Part shown: positions 9,067 to 16,457 of the stretch, piece by piece | How positions within the stretch are numbered: position 1 is the stretch's first letter | Layout: every line of letters begins with the position of its first letter | NCBI GenBank assembly: GCA_947627085.1 | Contig: CANQUO010000001.1 | Coordinates: forward strand, 1-53,295 | Length of the DNA stretch: 53,295 nt | Source: an uncultured Oscillospiraceae bacterium | GTDB taxonomy: Bacteria; Bacillota; Clostridia; Oscillospirales; Oscillospiraceae | Direction of reading: 5' to 3' | The notes under the pieces: generated by a model | Told to the model about the DNA's origin: nothing | The model's database searches: none | Seen by the model: only the letters and a program-made list of their open reading frames with translations | Program-made: the position numbers and the translations under genes

Positions 9067-9095
9067 TTGAACTAATAGAAATAGCTACATAATAT
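9067..9095 (+). promoter_or_regulatory. Opposing promoter-like element facing antisense into the recombinase gene
   Basis: On the plus strand, TTGAAC (9067..9072), a 17-nt spacer and TAATAT (9090..9095). There is no TG extension. Confidence 0.35.
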
Positions 9096-9122
9096 TGTAT
9101 CACGGCGCGGAAATAATTTCAA
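9094..9122 (-). promoter_or_regulatory. Promoter facing the pilin-like gene in this assembly (extended -10)
   Basis: On the minus strand, TTGAAA (9117..9122), a 17-nt spacer and TACAAT (9094..9099), preceded by TGa. Confidence 0.5.
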
Positions 9123-9753
9123 TAGGGCGCGGTCCAAAAGGTGTACTTTTTGTTACAGGTTCTTCTCTGACCCACCGCAAAAAGGTGCTGTGAGAGACGC
9201 CCAGCTCCTTGGCCGCCTGCCGGGAGGCGAGGAGGCCGGAGGTGTAGCGCGCCAGCACGCCGGGATATCCCGGCGGCCTGTCGAGCCGGGGACGGCCAAA
9301 TCGGACGCCGCGCTCCCGCGCCGCCGCGATGCCCTCCGCCTGGCGCTGGCGGATGAATTCCCGCTCCGTCTCGGCCACGTAGCTGAGAAGCTGCAACACG
9401 ATATCCGCGATGAGCGTGCCGGTCAGGTCCCGGCCCTCCTGCTGGGTGTCGAGGAGGGGCATGTCCAGCACCACGATGGCGGCCCTTTTTACCTTGGTGA
9501 TGAGCCGCCACTGGTCCAAAATCTCCTCATAGTTTCGCCCGAGCCGGTCGATGCTCTTGACCACGAGAGTGTCGCCGGCCTTCAGCTTTTTCAGGAGCCT
9601 TTTGTAGCCGGGGCGCTGAAAGTCCTTCCCGGACTGCTTGTCCGTGACGATCTGGGTCTCCGGCACGCCGAAATTTCGCATGGCGATGAACTGACGGTCC
9701 TCGTTCTGCTCCCGGGTGGACACGCGGATATAACCGTACATTTTTCCTTCCAT
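9100..9753 (-). CDS. Small serine recombinase (resolvase/invertase family) with C-terminal HTH
   Basis: MYGYIRVSTREQNEDRQ contains the catalytic Ser motif of the resolvase/invertase family. The C-terminal AAKELGVSHSTFLRWV is an HTH. AAGGAGGAG lies 5 nt before the ATG. Confidence 0.85.
   Translation of the reverse strand: MEGKMYGYIRVSTREQNEDRQFIAMRNFGVPETQIVTDKQSGKDFQRPGYKRLLKKLKAGDTLVVKSIDRLGRNYEEILDQWRLITKVKRAAIVVLDMPLLDTQQEGRDLTGTLIADIVLQLLSYVAETEREFIRQRQAEGIAAARERGVRFGRPRLDRPPGYPGVLARYTSGLLASRQAAKELGVSHSTFLRWVREEPVTKSTPFGPRPIEIISAP
9131..9156. repeat. hix/gix-like recombination site R (imperfect 12-2-12 palindrome, core GT), inside the 3' end of the recombinase gene
   Basis: Sequence GGTCCAAAAGGT GT ACTTTTTGTTAC. 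It is inverted relative to site L and has the same central dinucleotide. Confidence 0.6.
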
Positions 9754-9849
9754 TTGATCTCCTCCTTGTTAGATTACTCTTTCAAAAAGGAAACTAATAT
9801 AATTCCCCCGCGGGGACGCAAGACATATTTTTTCAGGAGGAATAAAAAT

Positions 9850-9890
9850 CAACCAGCAGTTTTCCTGCTGGTTGAAGGATTTTTATTTTT
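9850..9890. terminator. Bidirectional terminator (ends the ExbB/ExbD-like operon and would also stop plus-strand antisense transcripts)
   Basis: Stem CAACCAGCAG / CTGCTGGTTG with loop TTTTC. It is flanked by AATAAAAAT on the left and AAGGATTTTTATTTTT on the right. Confidence 0.7.
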
Positions 9891-9903
9891 ACCGGTGATG
9901 GTC

Positions 9904-10269
9904 TCAGCCGGGGACCTTGGGGGTGATACTGAGGTCCTCGAACACCTTGAGCACCCACTCGTAGGTGGCCTCGATGGCGTTCTCCTCCGCGATCTCGAAG
10001 GTGTGAGAGTCGTCGTTCAGGGCCTCCACAGCCGCCTTGAAGGCGTCGGGCTCGGTATAGTCCTTCCCGTCCAGGGTGACGGTGGACTCGCGGATCGTGA
10101 CGACGATCACGCCGGTATCCGGGCCGCTTTCGTCCGCGCCCTGACTGCCGGAGGGTGTCGACTCGCCCTCCCCGCCCTTTCCGCCGCCAAGGCCGAAGCC
10201 ACGGAACAGCAGGAAGGCCACAAGGGCTATGACCGCGATGATAATGATGAATTTGATGACTTTTTTCAT
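9904..10269 (-). CDS. Small membrane-anchored protein with an ExbD/TolR-like C-terminal domain
   Basis: An N-terminal TM helix KFIIIIAVIALVAFLLF is followed by a Gly/Ser-rich linker and an approximately 70-aa alpha/beta-like domain. The start overlaps the upstream ExbD-like gene by 4 nt. Confidence 0.45.
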   Translation of the reverse strand: MKKVIKFIIIIAVIALVAFLLFRGFGLGGGKGGEGESTPSGSQGADESGPDTGVIVVTIRESTVTLDGKDYTEPDAFKAAVEALNDDSHTFEIAEENAIEATYEWVLKVFEDLSITPKVPG

Positions 10270-10817
10270 GTGTGTTCCTCCTCATTTTTTTCGGCGATCC
10301 GCAAAAAGACCTCCTTGTGCTCCCGCTGGAGCTCCTCAAGGGTGCGGACCACGGCCTCATATTCGCGCCTGTATATGGCGTCCTTATCGCAGTGGAAGAA
10401 TATGTACACCGGGAACCCGCCGCTGTCATTTATGACGTCCTCCGCCAGGCTCCCGAGCCTCGCCGAGACGTTCTCAAGACGGCTTGTCCCCAACAGTATC
10501 ACCTCCGGCTCGCGTGTATCGCCGTCCACGGCGACGCGGAGCCGGTGGACACCGCCGCTCATGAAGTTGGAGACCGTGACCACCCGGGCGCCCTCCCGGA
10601 TGATCTCGGCGCTTTCAAGCTGTGCCCTCAGCGTCTCCAGCTCCTCCTGAAGGTCCGCTATCTCCTCCCGAAGCCCGTCGGCCTCCTCCTTCGCCGCGTC
10701 GGCGTTGGCCCTCTCGTTCTGTGCCCCGGCCAGCAGGACGATGAAGAGTATGGAGAAGAGCACGTCAAGAAGCGGCGTCAGGTTTATCTCGCCGCCGCCG
10801 TGACGGGCCCGCCTCAT
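10266..10817 (-). CDS. ExbD/TolR-family protein with a coiled-coil extension
   Basis: EINLTPLLDVLFSILFIVLL is the ExbD/TolR TM signature including the conserved Asp. It is followed by a heptad-like EEADGLREEIADLQEELETLRAQLE stretch. Confidence 0.65.
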   Translation of the reverse strand: MRRARHGGGEINLTPLLDVLFSILFIVLLAGAQNERANADAAKEEADGLREEIADLQEELETLRAQLESAEIIREGARVVTVSNFMSGGVHRLRVAVDGDTREPEVILLGTSRLENVSARLGSLAEDVINDSGGFPVYIFFHCDKDAIYRREYEAVVRTLEELQREHKEVFLRIAEKNEEEHT

Positions 10818-11389
10818 TTCGCCTCCTCCGCCGCGGGCAGGTCCTTCAGGGCGTCGTTCTTCACGCCGTAGTCCTTCTCAAAAAGGTCCATGGTGTCCTC
10901 GATGGGCCCCACCACCACGGCGTCGGTGACTATCTCCACCGTCTTGAAGAGCACGGCGCATATTATGCCGTAGACCGTGGAGGACAGGGCAAAGCCGATG
11001 CCCTCATAGGAAAAGCCCTCGGATGACAGGGAGGCGCTGTTCAGCGCGATATAGAGCCCCGCCACGGTCCCCAAAATGCCCAAAAGCGTAAAGAGCTGTA
11101 TGGCGGTGGTGAAGATGTCGTAGGGGATTATCTTCTTCCGGTAGCCGTCGCGAAAGGCGATATACGCCTCCCAGTTCTCCCTTGTGACCACGCTCTTCGT
11201 CTCGGTTATGACCCTTGAGCGGTTTTTATGCCAGGAGATGCGGCTTTCCACCTGGCGTATTTTTCCGAGCTCCCGCTTCGCGGACATGAGCCTTCTCAAG
11301 GCGTAGACCCACAGCATGAGCTCCCCCACGCCGAGGACGATTATGGTCCCGTTCAGAACGCGATAGAGGAGGTTGCATATTACCAGCAT
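10814..11389 (-). CDS. MotA/TolQ/ExbB-family proton-channel protein
   Basis: Three hydrophobic helices are present. LLGILGTVAGL and ALSSTVYGIICAVLFK resemble the MotA/ExbB signature. The start was chosen at the ATG 11389 (MLVICN...) after GGGAGAAAGAGAGAA, although the ORF is open up to 11458. Confidence 0.6.
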   Translation of the reverse strand: MLVICNLLYRVLNGTIIVLGVGELMLWVYALRRLMSAKRELGKIRQVESRISWHKNRSRVITETKSVVTRENWEAYIAFRDGYRKKIIPYDIFTTAIQLFTLLGILGTVAGLYIALNSASLSSEGFSYEGIGFALSSTVYGIICAVLFKTVEIVTDAVVVGPIEDTMDLFEKDYGVKNDALKDLPAAEEAK

Positions 11390-11484
11390 TTCTCTCTTTC
11401 TCCCACTCGATACTGATTTGCATATGCCGAGTATATCACACCCTCGGCCCATAAGCAAGGAAAATCCACATCATGTAAAATCCG

Positions 11485-12390
11485 CTATTCCCCGCCGTTC
11501 CGGGGCATTACGCCTGTCAGGTCGAAATCCGGGGTGTACTCCTCCCTGGCGGAGGACAGCTCCTGATAAAAGCCGTCCTCGATGCCGCTTTGCTCCATGT
11601 ATTTCATGGCCAGGTCATATTCCTCCGGGGTGAGCCTCCGGTTTATCTCCGGGAAATCCCCGGCCCTGCCCATGGGGGTGTATTGGCTCATGAGGGAGAA
11701 GAGGACCTGACCGGGGGCGAAATTCTCCGCCACCCAGTCTATGACCCGCCTTGTGTTATCAATGGCCCCGGGCAGCACAAGGTGCCGTATGATGACGCCG
11801 CTTTTTATAAGGCCGTCACTGTCCAGCACGTAGGGCCCACGCTGGCGGTACATCTCCAATATGGCTCTCTCCGCCGTCTCCGGGTAGTCCGGGGCGGCGG
11901 AATATTTTTTCGCAAGCTCCGGGTCTATGTATTTCATGTCCGGGAGGTAAACCTGAACGCGCCCCTCCAGCCTTTTAAGCGTCTCCACACTTTCATAGCC
12001 GGAGCTGTTCCACACCACCGGCACGGGCAGGGGGTCTTTAAGGCTCTCCAGCACCCCGTCCACGAAGTGTCCGGCGGTGACAAGGTTTATATTGTGCACG
12101 CCACGGTCGATGAGCTCAAAATATATCTCCCTGAGCCTTCCCGGCGTGACGGCGACGCCCCGCTGGCCCCGGGAGAGGCTGTAATTCTGGCAGTAAACGC
12201 ACCGGAGGGCGCACCCGGAGAAAAATACCGCCCCGCTGCCCCGCTCCCCGGACACCGGCGGCTCCTCCCACATGTGGGGCGCGGCCCGGGCTACCCTTAT
12301 CCGCGTGCCCTGGCCGCACACGCCCGCGCCGGAGCGCTCGTCCCGGAGGGCATCGCATTTTCTGGGACAGCTCTTACAATAAAATTGCAT
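11485..12390 (-). CDS. Radical SAM enzyme (PflX-like activase family)
   Basis: CALRCVYC is a CxxxCxxC cluster, and there is an extra N-terminal Cys cluster CKSCPRKC. The start was chosen at MQFYCKSC, 8 nt after GGGAGG. Confidence 0.75.
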   Translation of the reverse strand: MQFYCKSCPRKCDALRDERSGAGVCGQGTRIRVARAAPHMWEEPPVSGERGSGAVFFSGCALRCVYCQNYSLSRGQRGVAVTPGRLREIYFELIDRGVHNINLVTAGHFVDGVLESLKDPLPVPVVWNSSGYESVETLKRLEGRVQVYLPDMKYIDPELAKKYSAAPDYPETAERAILEMYRQRGPYVLDSDGLIKSGVIIRHLVLPGAIDNTRRVIDWVAENFAPGQVLFSLMSQYTPMGRAGDFPEINRRLTPEEYDLAMKYMEQSGIEDGFYQELSSAREEYTPDFDLTGVMPRNGGE

Positions 12391-12420
12391 GGTACGCGCC
12401 TCCCGCATTGACCTTTTTGA

Positions 12421-12449
12421 TTTACAGTATTATAATAATGTTTTATAAA
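12421..12449 (+). promoter_or_regulatory. Candidate promoter of the 2-hydroxyacid dehydrogenase gene
   Basis: TTTACA (12421..12426), a 17-nt spacer and TATAAA (12444..12449). Confidence 0.4.
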
Positions 12450-12471
12450 AAAGCTGTCAAGGAGGTTCGGC

Positions 12472-13443
12472 ATGAAGATAGTCATACTGGACGCCCACAC
12501 GGAAAACCCCGGGGATTTGAGCTGGTCCGGCTTTGAGGAATTGGGCGATGTCACGGTCTACGACCGGACGCCGAAATTTGACGATAAGGAGATAATCCGG
12601 CGCATCGGCGACGCGGACGTGGTCATAACCAACAAGACCCCGGTCAGGGCCGTGGCGCTGGACGCCTGCCCCACCATAAAATACGTGGGCCTTCTCTCCA
12701 CCGGCATCGACGTGTGCGACTGCGCCCACGCCGCCCAAAAGGGCATACCAGTGAGCAACATACCGGCCTATTCCACCAACGCCGTGGCCCAGCACGCCAT
12801 AGCCCTCCTTTTGGAGATATGCTCAAAGGTCGGCGTCCACTCCGCCGCCGTGCACCGGGGCGAGTGGCAAAGGTGCGAGGACTTTTGCTTCTGGGAGGCG
12901 CCGCTCATGGAGCTGGCCGGCCTCACCATGGGCATTATCGGCTTTGGCCGGATAGGCATGGCCACGGGAAAAATCGCCCGGGCTCTCGGTATGCGCGTGC
13001 TGGCAACGGGAAGTCACGAGACTGACGAGGGCCGTGAGATCGGAGAGTATACGGACCTTGACACCCTTCTCGCAAATTCCGATGTGATCTCCCTCCACTG
13101 CCCCCTGAAGGCCGAGACCGCCAAAATAATAAACGCCTCCACCATCGCCAAAATGCGCGACGGCGTGATCATCCTCAACACCGGCCGGGGCGGGCTTGTG
13201 GACGAGGAGGCGCTGGCATCGGCCCTCAAATCCGGCAAGGTCTACGCCGCCGGGGTGGACGTGGTGTCCGTGGAGCCCATTTTGCCGGAAAACCCGCTAC
13301 TTGCCTGCGATAACTGCTACATAACCCCCCACGTGGCGTGGACGCCAAAGACGTGCCGCCAGAGGGTGATGGATATCGCGGTGAGCAATCTGAGGGCGTA
13401 TATTGAGGGGAAGCCGGAAAATGTGGTGAACGGGGTGGGGTGA
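12472..13443 (+). CDS. D-isomer-specific 2-hydroxyacid dehydrogenase (glycerate dehydrogenase-like)
   Basis: GIIGFGRIGMATGKIARALGMRV is an NAD-binding GxGxxG motif. The C-terminal ITPHVAW motif and the overall length are typical of the family. Confidence 0.85.
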   Translation: MKIVILDAHTENPGDLSWSGFEELGDVTVYDRTPKFDDKEIIRRIGDADVVITNKTPVRAVALDACPTIKYVGLLSTGIDVCDCAHAAQKGIPVSNIPAYSTNAVAQHAIALLLEICSKVGVHSAAVHRGEWQRCEDFCFWEAPLMELAGLTMGIIGFGRIGMATGKIARALGMRVLATGSHETDEGREIGEYTDLDTLLANSDVISLHCPLKAETAKIINASTIAKMRDGVIILNTGRGGLVDEEALASALKSGKVYAAGVDVVSVEPILPENPLLACDNCYITPHVAWTPKTCRQRVMDIAVSNLRAYIEGKPENVVNGVG

Positions 13444-13477
13444 TTCGGCCCACCCCGGCCGGCGCTTCGCGCGGCCA

Positions 13478-13615
13478 CCCCTCCCAGAGGGAGGGGCTGA
13501 GGGCGCGGAGCGGAATCGGGGGAGACCCCTCAATCTCGCTACGCTCGACAGCTCATCTCCGCGCTAAGAGCCGCCCCTTCGGGGCGGTTGCGCTCCGAAA
13601 CGCGCCTGCGGGCGC
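13478..13615. other. GC-rich intergenic stretch with three short stable hairpins (REP-like or terminator cluster)
   Basis: Hairpins are CCCCTCCC-AGA-GGGAGGGG (13478..13496), CCGCCCC-TTC-GGGGCGG (13571..13587) and GCGCC-TGCG-GGCGC (13602..13615). Confidence 0.4.
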
Positions 13616-13731
13616 AGCCCTTGAACAAGGGGAGCCAAAAATGTAATTTTTATTTTAAATTTAATTTTTTCCTTCTTTATGCAATAAAATCCCTTTCCCG
13701 CGCATTACTTTATTGACAGGGAGTGAACAAA

Positions 13732-14289
13732 ATGGATGATCTGGTTGAGGAGCCCGAGGCCCGGGCGGCCATGCTCGAGCGGCTGCTTCGGGATATCGGG
13801 ACGGGAGACCGGGACGCGCTGGGGGAGCTTTACACGCTCACCCACGCAGCCGTCTACGCCCTGGCCCTCTCCATACTGGCAAGCGCTCACGACGCCGAGG
13901 AGGCCACCCACGACGCGTTTTTGCGTATCTGGGACTACGCCGGCTCCTATAAGGCCAAGGGCTCGCCCGTGGCCTGGATAATGGCGGTGACACGGAACCT
14001 TTGCCTTATGGAGCTTCGGCGCAAAAAGCGGCAAAAGGACCTCTCCGAGGATGAGTGGAACGCCATTCCCGCCGAGGACCGGGGCCTTAACTCCGAGGAC
14101 CGGGCGCTTTTGCAGTGGGCCCTGGGGTCACTCGATCCCGCCTCCCGACAGATCGTCATCCTCCACGCCGTGGCGGGGATGAAGCACAAGGAGATAGCAA
14201 AGCTCCTGGGCCTTCCCCAGAACACGGTCCTGTCGAAGTACAGCCGCGCCATAGGAAAAATGCGCGCAGGACTTGAGAAAGGAGAGTGA
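13732..14289 (+). CDS. ECF-type sigma-70 family RNA polymerase sigma factor
   Basis: Region 2 is HDAEEATHDAFLRIWDYA, and the region 4 HTH is MKHKEIAKLLGLPQNTVLSKYSRA. The ATG at 13732 follows GGGAG. Confidence 0.85.
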   Translation: MDDLVEEPEARAAMLERLLRDIGTGDRDALGELYTLTHAAVYALALSILASAHDAEEATHDAFLRIWDYAGSYKAKGSPVAWIMAVTRNLCLMELRRKKRQKDLSEDEWNAIPAEDRGLNSEDRALLQWALGSLDPASRQIVILHAVAGMKHKEIAKLLGLPQNTVLSKYSRAIGKMRAGLEKGE

Positions 14290-14295
14290 GCCCAA

Positions 14296-16299
14296 ATGAC
14301 AGATAGGGAGATTGAAATGAAGCTCAAGACCGCCGTGGAGCGCTCGGCCCCCGACGGACTTTCACGGCTCCTCTCCGCCGTTGACGACGGGAAAGGAGAC
14401 GAAAAAATGGAAAAGACCAACAAAAAGAGAAACCGCTGGATCGGCGCCGTGGCCGCCATATTGGCGGTGGCCCTTATAGGCGGAGCCGGCGGATTTTACT
14501 ACTCACGCAATATGGCCGTGGCCACGGTGGTGTCCCTGGACGTGAACCCCAGCATCGAGCTTCGGGTCAACGCCTCGGAGAAGGTCCTAAAATGCACGGC
14601 CCTCAATAGCGAGGCCACGGAGATTCTCGCCTCCATGTCGGGAGGCAAGGATTTGGAGGGGGCCAAGCTTGACGTGGCGGTCAACGCCATCGTGGGCGCC
14701 ATAGTCCGGGCGGGGTATCTGGACAGCCTCAATTCCGCGATTTTGATATCCGTGGACGACAGCAACGCCGACAGGGGCGCCAGGCTCCAGGCCGAGCTGG
14801 TGGCCGCCGTGGACGGGGTCTTGCAGACGGCCTCCAACGGGGCCTCCGTCATGAGCCAGTACGTGACCGGCGCGGACCTCTCCGACAAGGCCCAGCAGAA
14901 CAACATCTCCACCGGCAAGGCGGCCCTCATAGAGCAGGTCCTGACCGTAAATCCGACCCTGGACTTTTCAAAGCTGGCGGCCCTCTCCGTGGAGGAGCTA
15001 CGGGACCTGATAAAGATAGGCGCGCCATCCATGCCCATCGGGAGGGACGAGGCGGCCAATATCGCTGAGGAGTACGCCGGTACGTCTGTTCTTGACCGTG
15101 ACGTAGTCTTTGATGTGGACCCGGAGCTTGACGACCCGGTGCCCCACTACGAGGTAGAGATTCGTTACGACAGAGAATATGACTACACGATTCACGCCTT
15201 CACCGGCGAGGTGTTGAGCGGTCAGGCCGGCATCGTGGTCCGCACACCCTCCACGAATCCCACCGCCACCGATACCCACGAGCCCGGCATCACCGCCGAC
15301 GAGGCATTCAACGCCGCCGCGAAGTTTTTCTCCGAAAAGCACCCGGAGCTTGTGGGCAACTTCCTGAACATCACGACGGAATACGATAGGGACGACGGCC
15401 ACTACGACGTGGAGTTCTGGTGCCGGGGCTACGAATTTGACTACGACGTGGACGGAAAATCCGGCGATATCCTCCGTGAGGAGACGGACTACCGCTACAC
15501 GCCCCCCGCGCCCACCGAACCGGCGCCCACAACGCCGGCCCCCACCGAGCCCGCGGCGACCACGCCCCAGTCCACCGACATCGGCGCTGACGCGGCAAAG
15601 AGCGCGGCATTGAAGCACGCCGGTCTTTCGGCAAATCAGGTCACGTTTATAAAGGCCCAGCGGGACTACGACGACGGCCGGCTCGTCTATGACGTGGAAT
15701 TTTACACTTCCGATACCGAGTACGACTATGAGATCGCCGCCGCAGACGGGGCCGTGATGAAATACGAGACGGAAAAGCGCCCGAACGTCACCGCGCCCAC
15801 GACGCCTCAGCCCACGGATATCGGAGCCGACGCGGCGAAGGCGGCGGCCCTGAAGCGGGCGGGGATCGCCGACGCGGCGTCGGTCACCTGGATGAAATGC
15901 CAGCACGACTGGGACGACGGCTGGCAGAAGTACGAGCTTGAGTTTGAGTGCGGCGCTACCGTCTACGAGTGCGACGTGGACGCCGCCAGCGGGACCGTCA
16001 CGAAGTTTGAGTCCGAGCCCTGCGACAACCTGGCCCACCACCATAACGAGGACCACCACGACGAGGGCGGCCACTCCTCCGGGAATGCCGACATCGGCGC
16101 GGACGCGGCGAAAAACGCCGCCCTCTCCCACGCCGGCCTGTCCTCGGGCCAGGTCACACAGCTCAAATGCGAGCGGGACTACGACGACGGCCGGCTCGTC
16201 TACGAGGTGGAATTCAAATCCGGCGGCTACGAGTACGACTACAAGATCGACGCCTCCACCGGCGCGGTTTTAGAGCACGAGCGGGATCGGGACGACTGA
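14296..16299 (+). CDS. Membrane anti-sigma factor-like protein with five PepSY-type repeats and a His-rich insert
   Basis: It lies directly downstream of the ECF sigma gene. There is one TM helix (WIGAVAAILAVALIGGAGGFYY). Five extracytoplasmic repeats follow the pattern (D)IGADAAKxAALKHAGL...RDYDDGRLVY(D/E)VEF...DYxIDAxTGAV. A His-rich stretch AHHHNEDHHDEGGH is also present. Confidence 0.75.
   Translation: MTDREIEMKLKTAVERSAPDGLSRLLSAVDDGKGDEKMEKTNKKRNRWIGAVAAILAVALIGGAGGFYYSRNMAVATVVSLDVNPSIELRVNASEKVLKCTALNSEATEILASMSGGKDLEGAKLDVAVNAIVGAIVRAGYLDSLNSAILISVDDSNADRGARLQAELVAAVDGVLQTASNGASVMSQYVTGADLSDKAQQNNISTGKAALIEQVLTVNPTLDFSKLAALSVEELRDLIKIGAPSMPIGRDEAANIAEEYAGTSVLDRDVVFDVDPELDDPVPHYEVEIRYDREYDYTIHAFTGEVLSGQAGIVVRTPSTNPTATDTHEPGITADEAFNAAAKFFSEKHPELVGNFLNITTEYDRDDGHYDVEFWCRGYEFDYDVDGKSGDILREETDYRYTPPAPTEPAPTTPAPTEPAATTPQSTDIGADAAKSAALKHAGLSANQVTFIKAQRDYDDGRLVYDVEFYTSDTEYDYEIAAADGAVMKYETEKRPNVTAPTTPQPTDIGADAAKAAALKRAGIADAASVTWMKCQHDWDDGWQKYELEFECGATVYECDVDAASGTVTKFESEPCDNLAHHHNEDHHDEGGHSSGNADIGADAAKNAALSHAGLSSGQVTQLKCERDYDDGRLVYEVEFKSGGYEYDYKIDASTGAVLEHERDRDD
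15577..16281 (+). repeat. Three tandem PepSY-coding units with near-identical DNA stretches
   Basis: Units start at 15577, 15817 and 16090. The stretch CGGGACTACGACGACGGCCGGCTCGTCTA recurs in units 1 and 3. Confidence 0.7.
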
Positions 16300-16363
16300 T
16301 ATGATCTGGCACTGTTCTTCTTTAAAAAACAGACATGTTATTGGAAAATAGTAGCCATAAAAT

Positions 16364-16420
16364 GGGGCTGTGAAAAAAGAGCGGTTTGATACCTCTTTTT
16401 CACAGCCCCTTGATTTTTTA
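16364..16420. terminator. Bidirectional terminator between the convergent anti-sigma and esterase genes
   Basis: A 17-bp stem GGGGCTGTGAAAAAAGAG / CTCTTTTTCACAGCCCC with one bulge, followed by TTGATTTTTTA. Confidence 0.75.
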
Positions 16421-16457
16421 TGTCCTCATTCCCTTCACGGGGAGGGGAAGGCGCGGG

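Larger units (their letters stand above)
9029..9142. promoter_or_regulatory. Putative invertible promoter segment (inverton) between the two recombination sites
   Basis: An AT-rich 114-bp segment between the site centres carries two back-to-back near-consensus promoters. It sits between the serine recombinase gene and the pilin-like gene. Confidence 0.5.

Noticed and set aside
9015-9156. Reading the two palindromic sites as a resolvase res site or as direct repeats for deletion
   Set aside because: In direct alignment the central dinucleotides are AC versus GT, which is incompatible for serine-recombinase religation, and identity drops to 19/26. Only two 12-2-12 sites are visible rather than the three differently spaced subsites of Tn3-type res, and no transposase is nearby. 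Inversion fits better, but it remains unproven.
9190-10650. A 486-aa plus-strand ORF spanning the recombinase and ExbD-like region
   Set aside because: It runs antisense to three well-supported minus-strand genes and crosses an intergenic terminator. Its Arg/Pro/Gly/Leu-rich composition has no motifs. This is the typical shadow ORF of GC-rich DNA.
13440-13646. A 68-aa ORF in the GC-rich hairpin block
   Set aside because: It has Arg/Ala/Gly/Pro-rich low complexity and no RBS. Its sequence is explained by the hairpin repeats.
14998-16131. A 377-aa minus-strand ORF opposite the anti-sigma gene
   Set aside because: It is entirely antisense to the PepSY-repeat CDS, Arg/Gly/Val-rich low complexity, and has no RBS.
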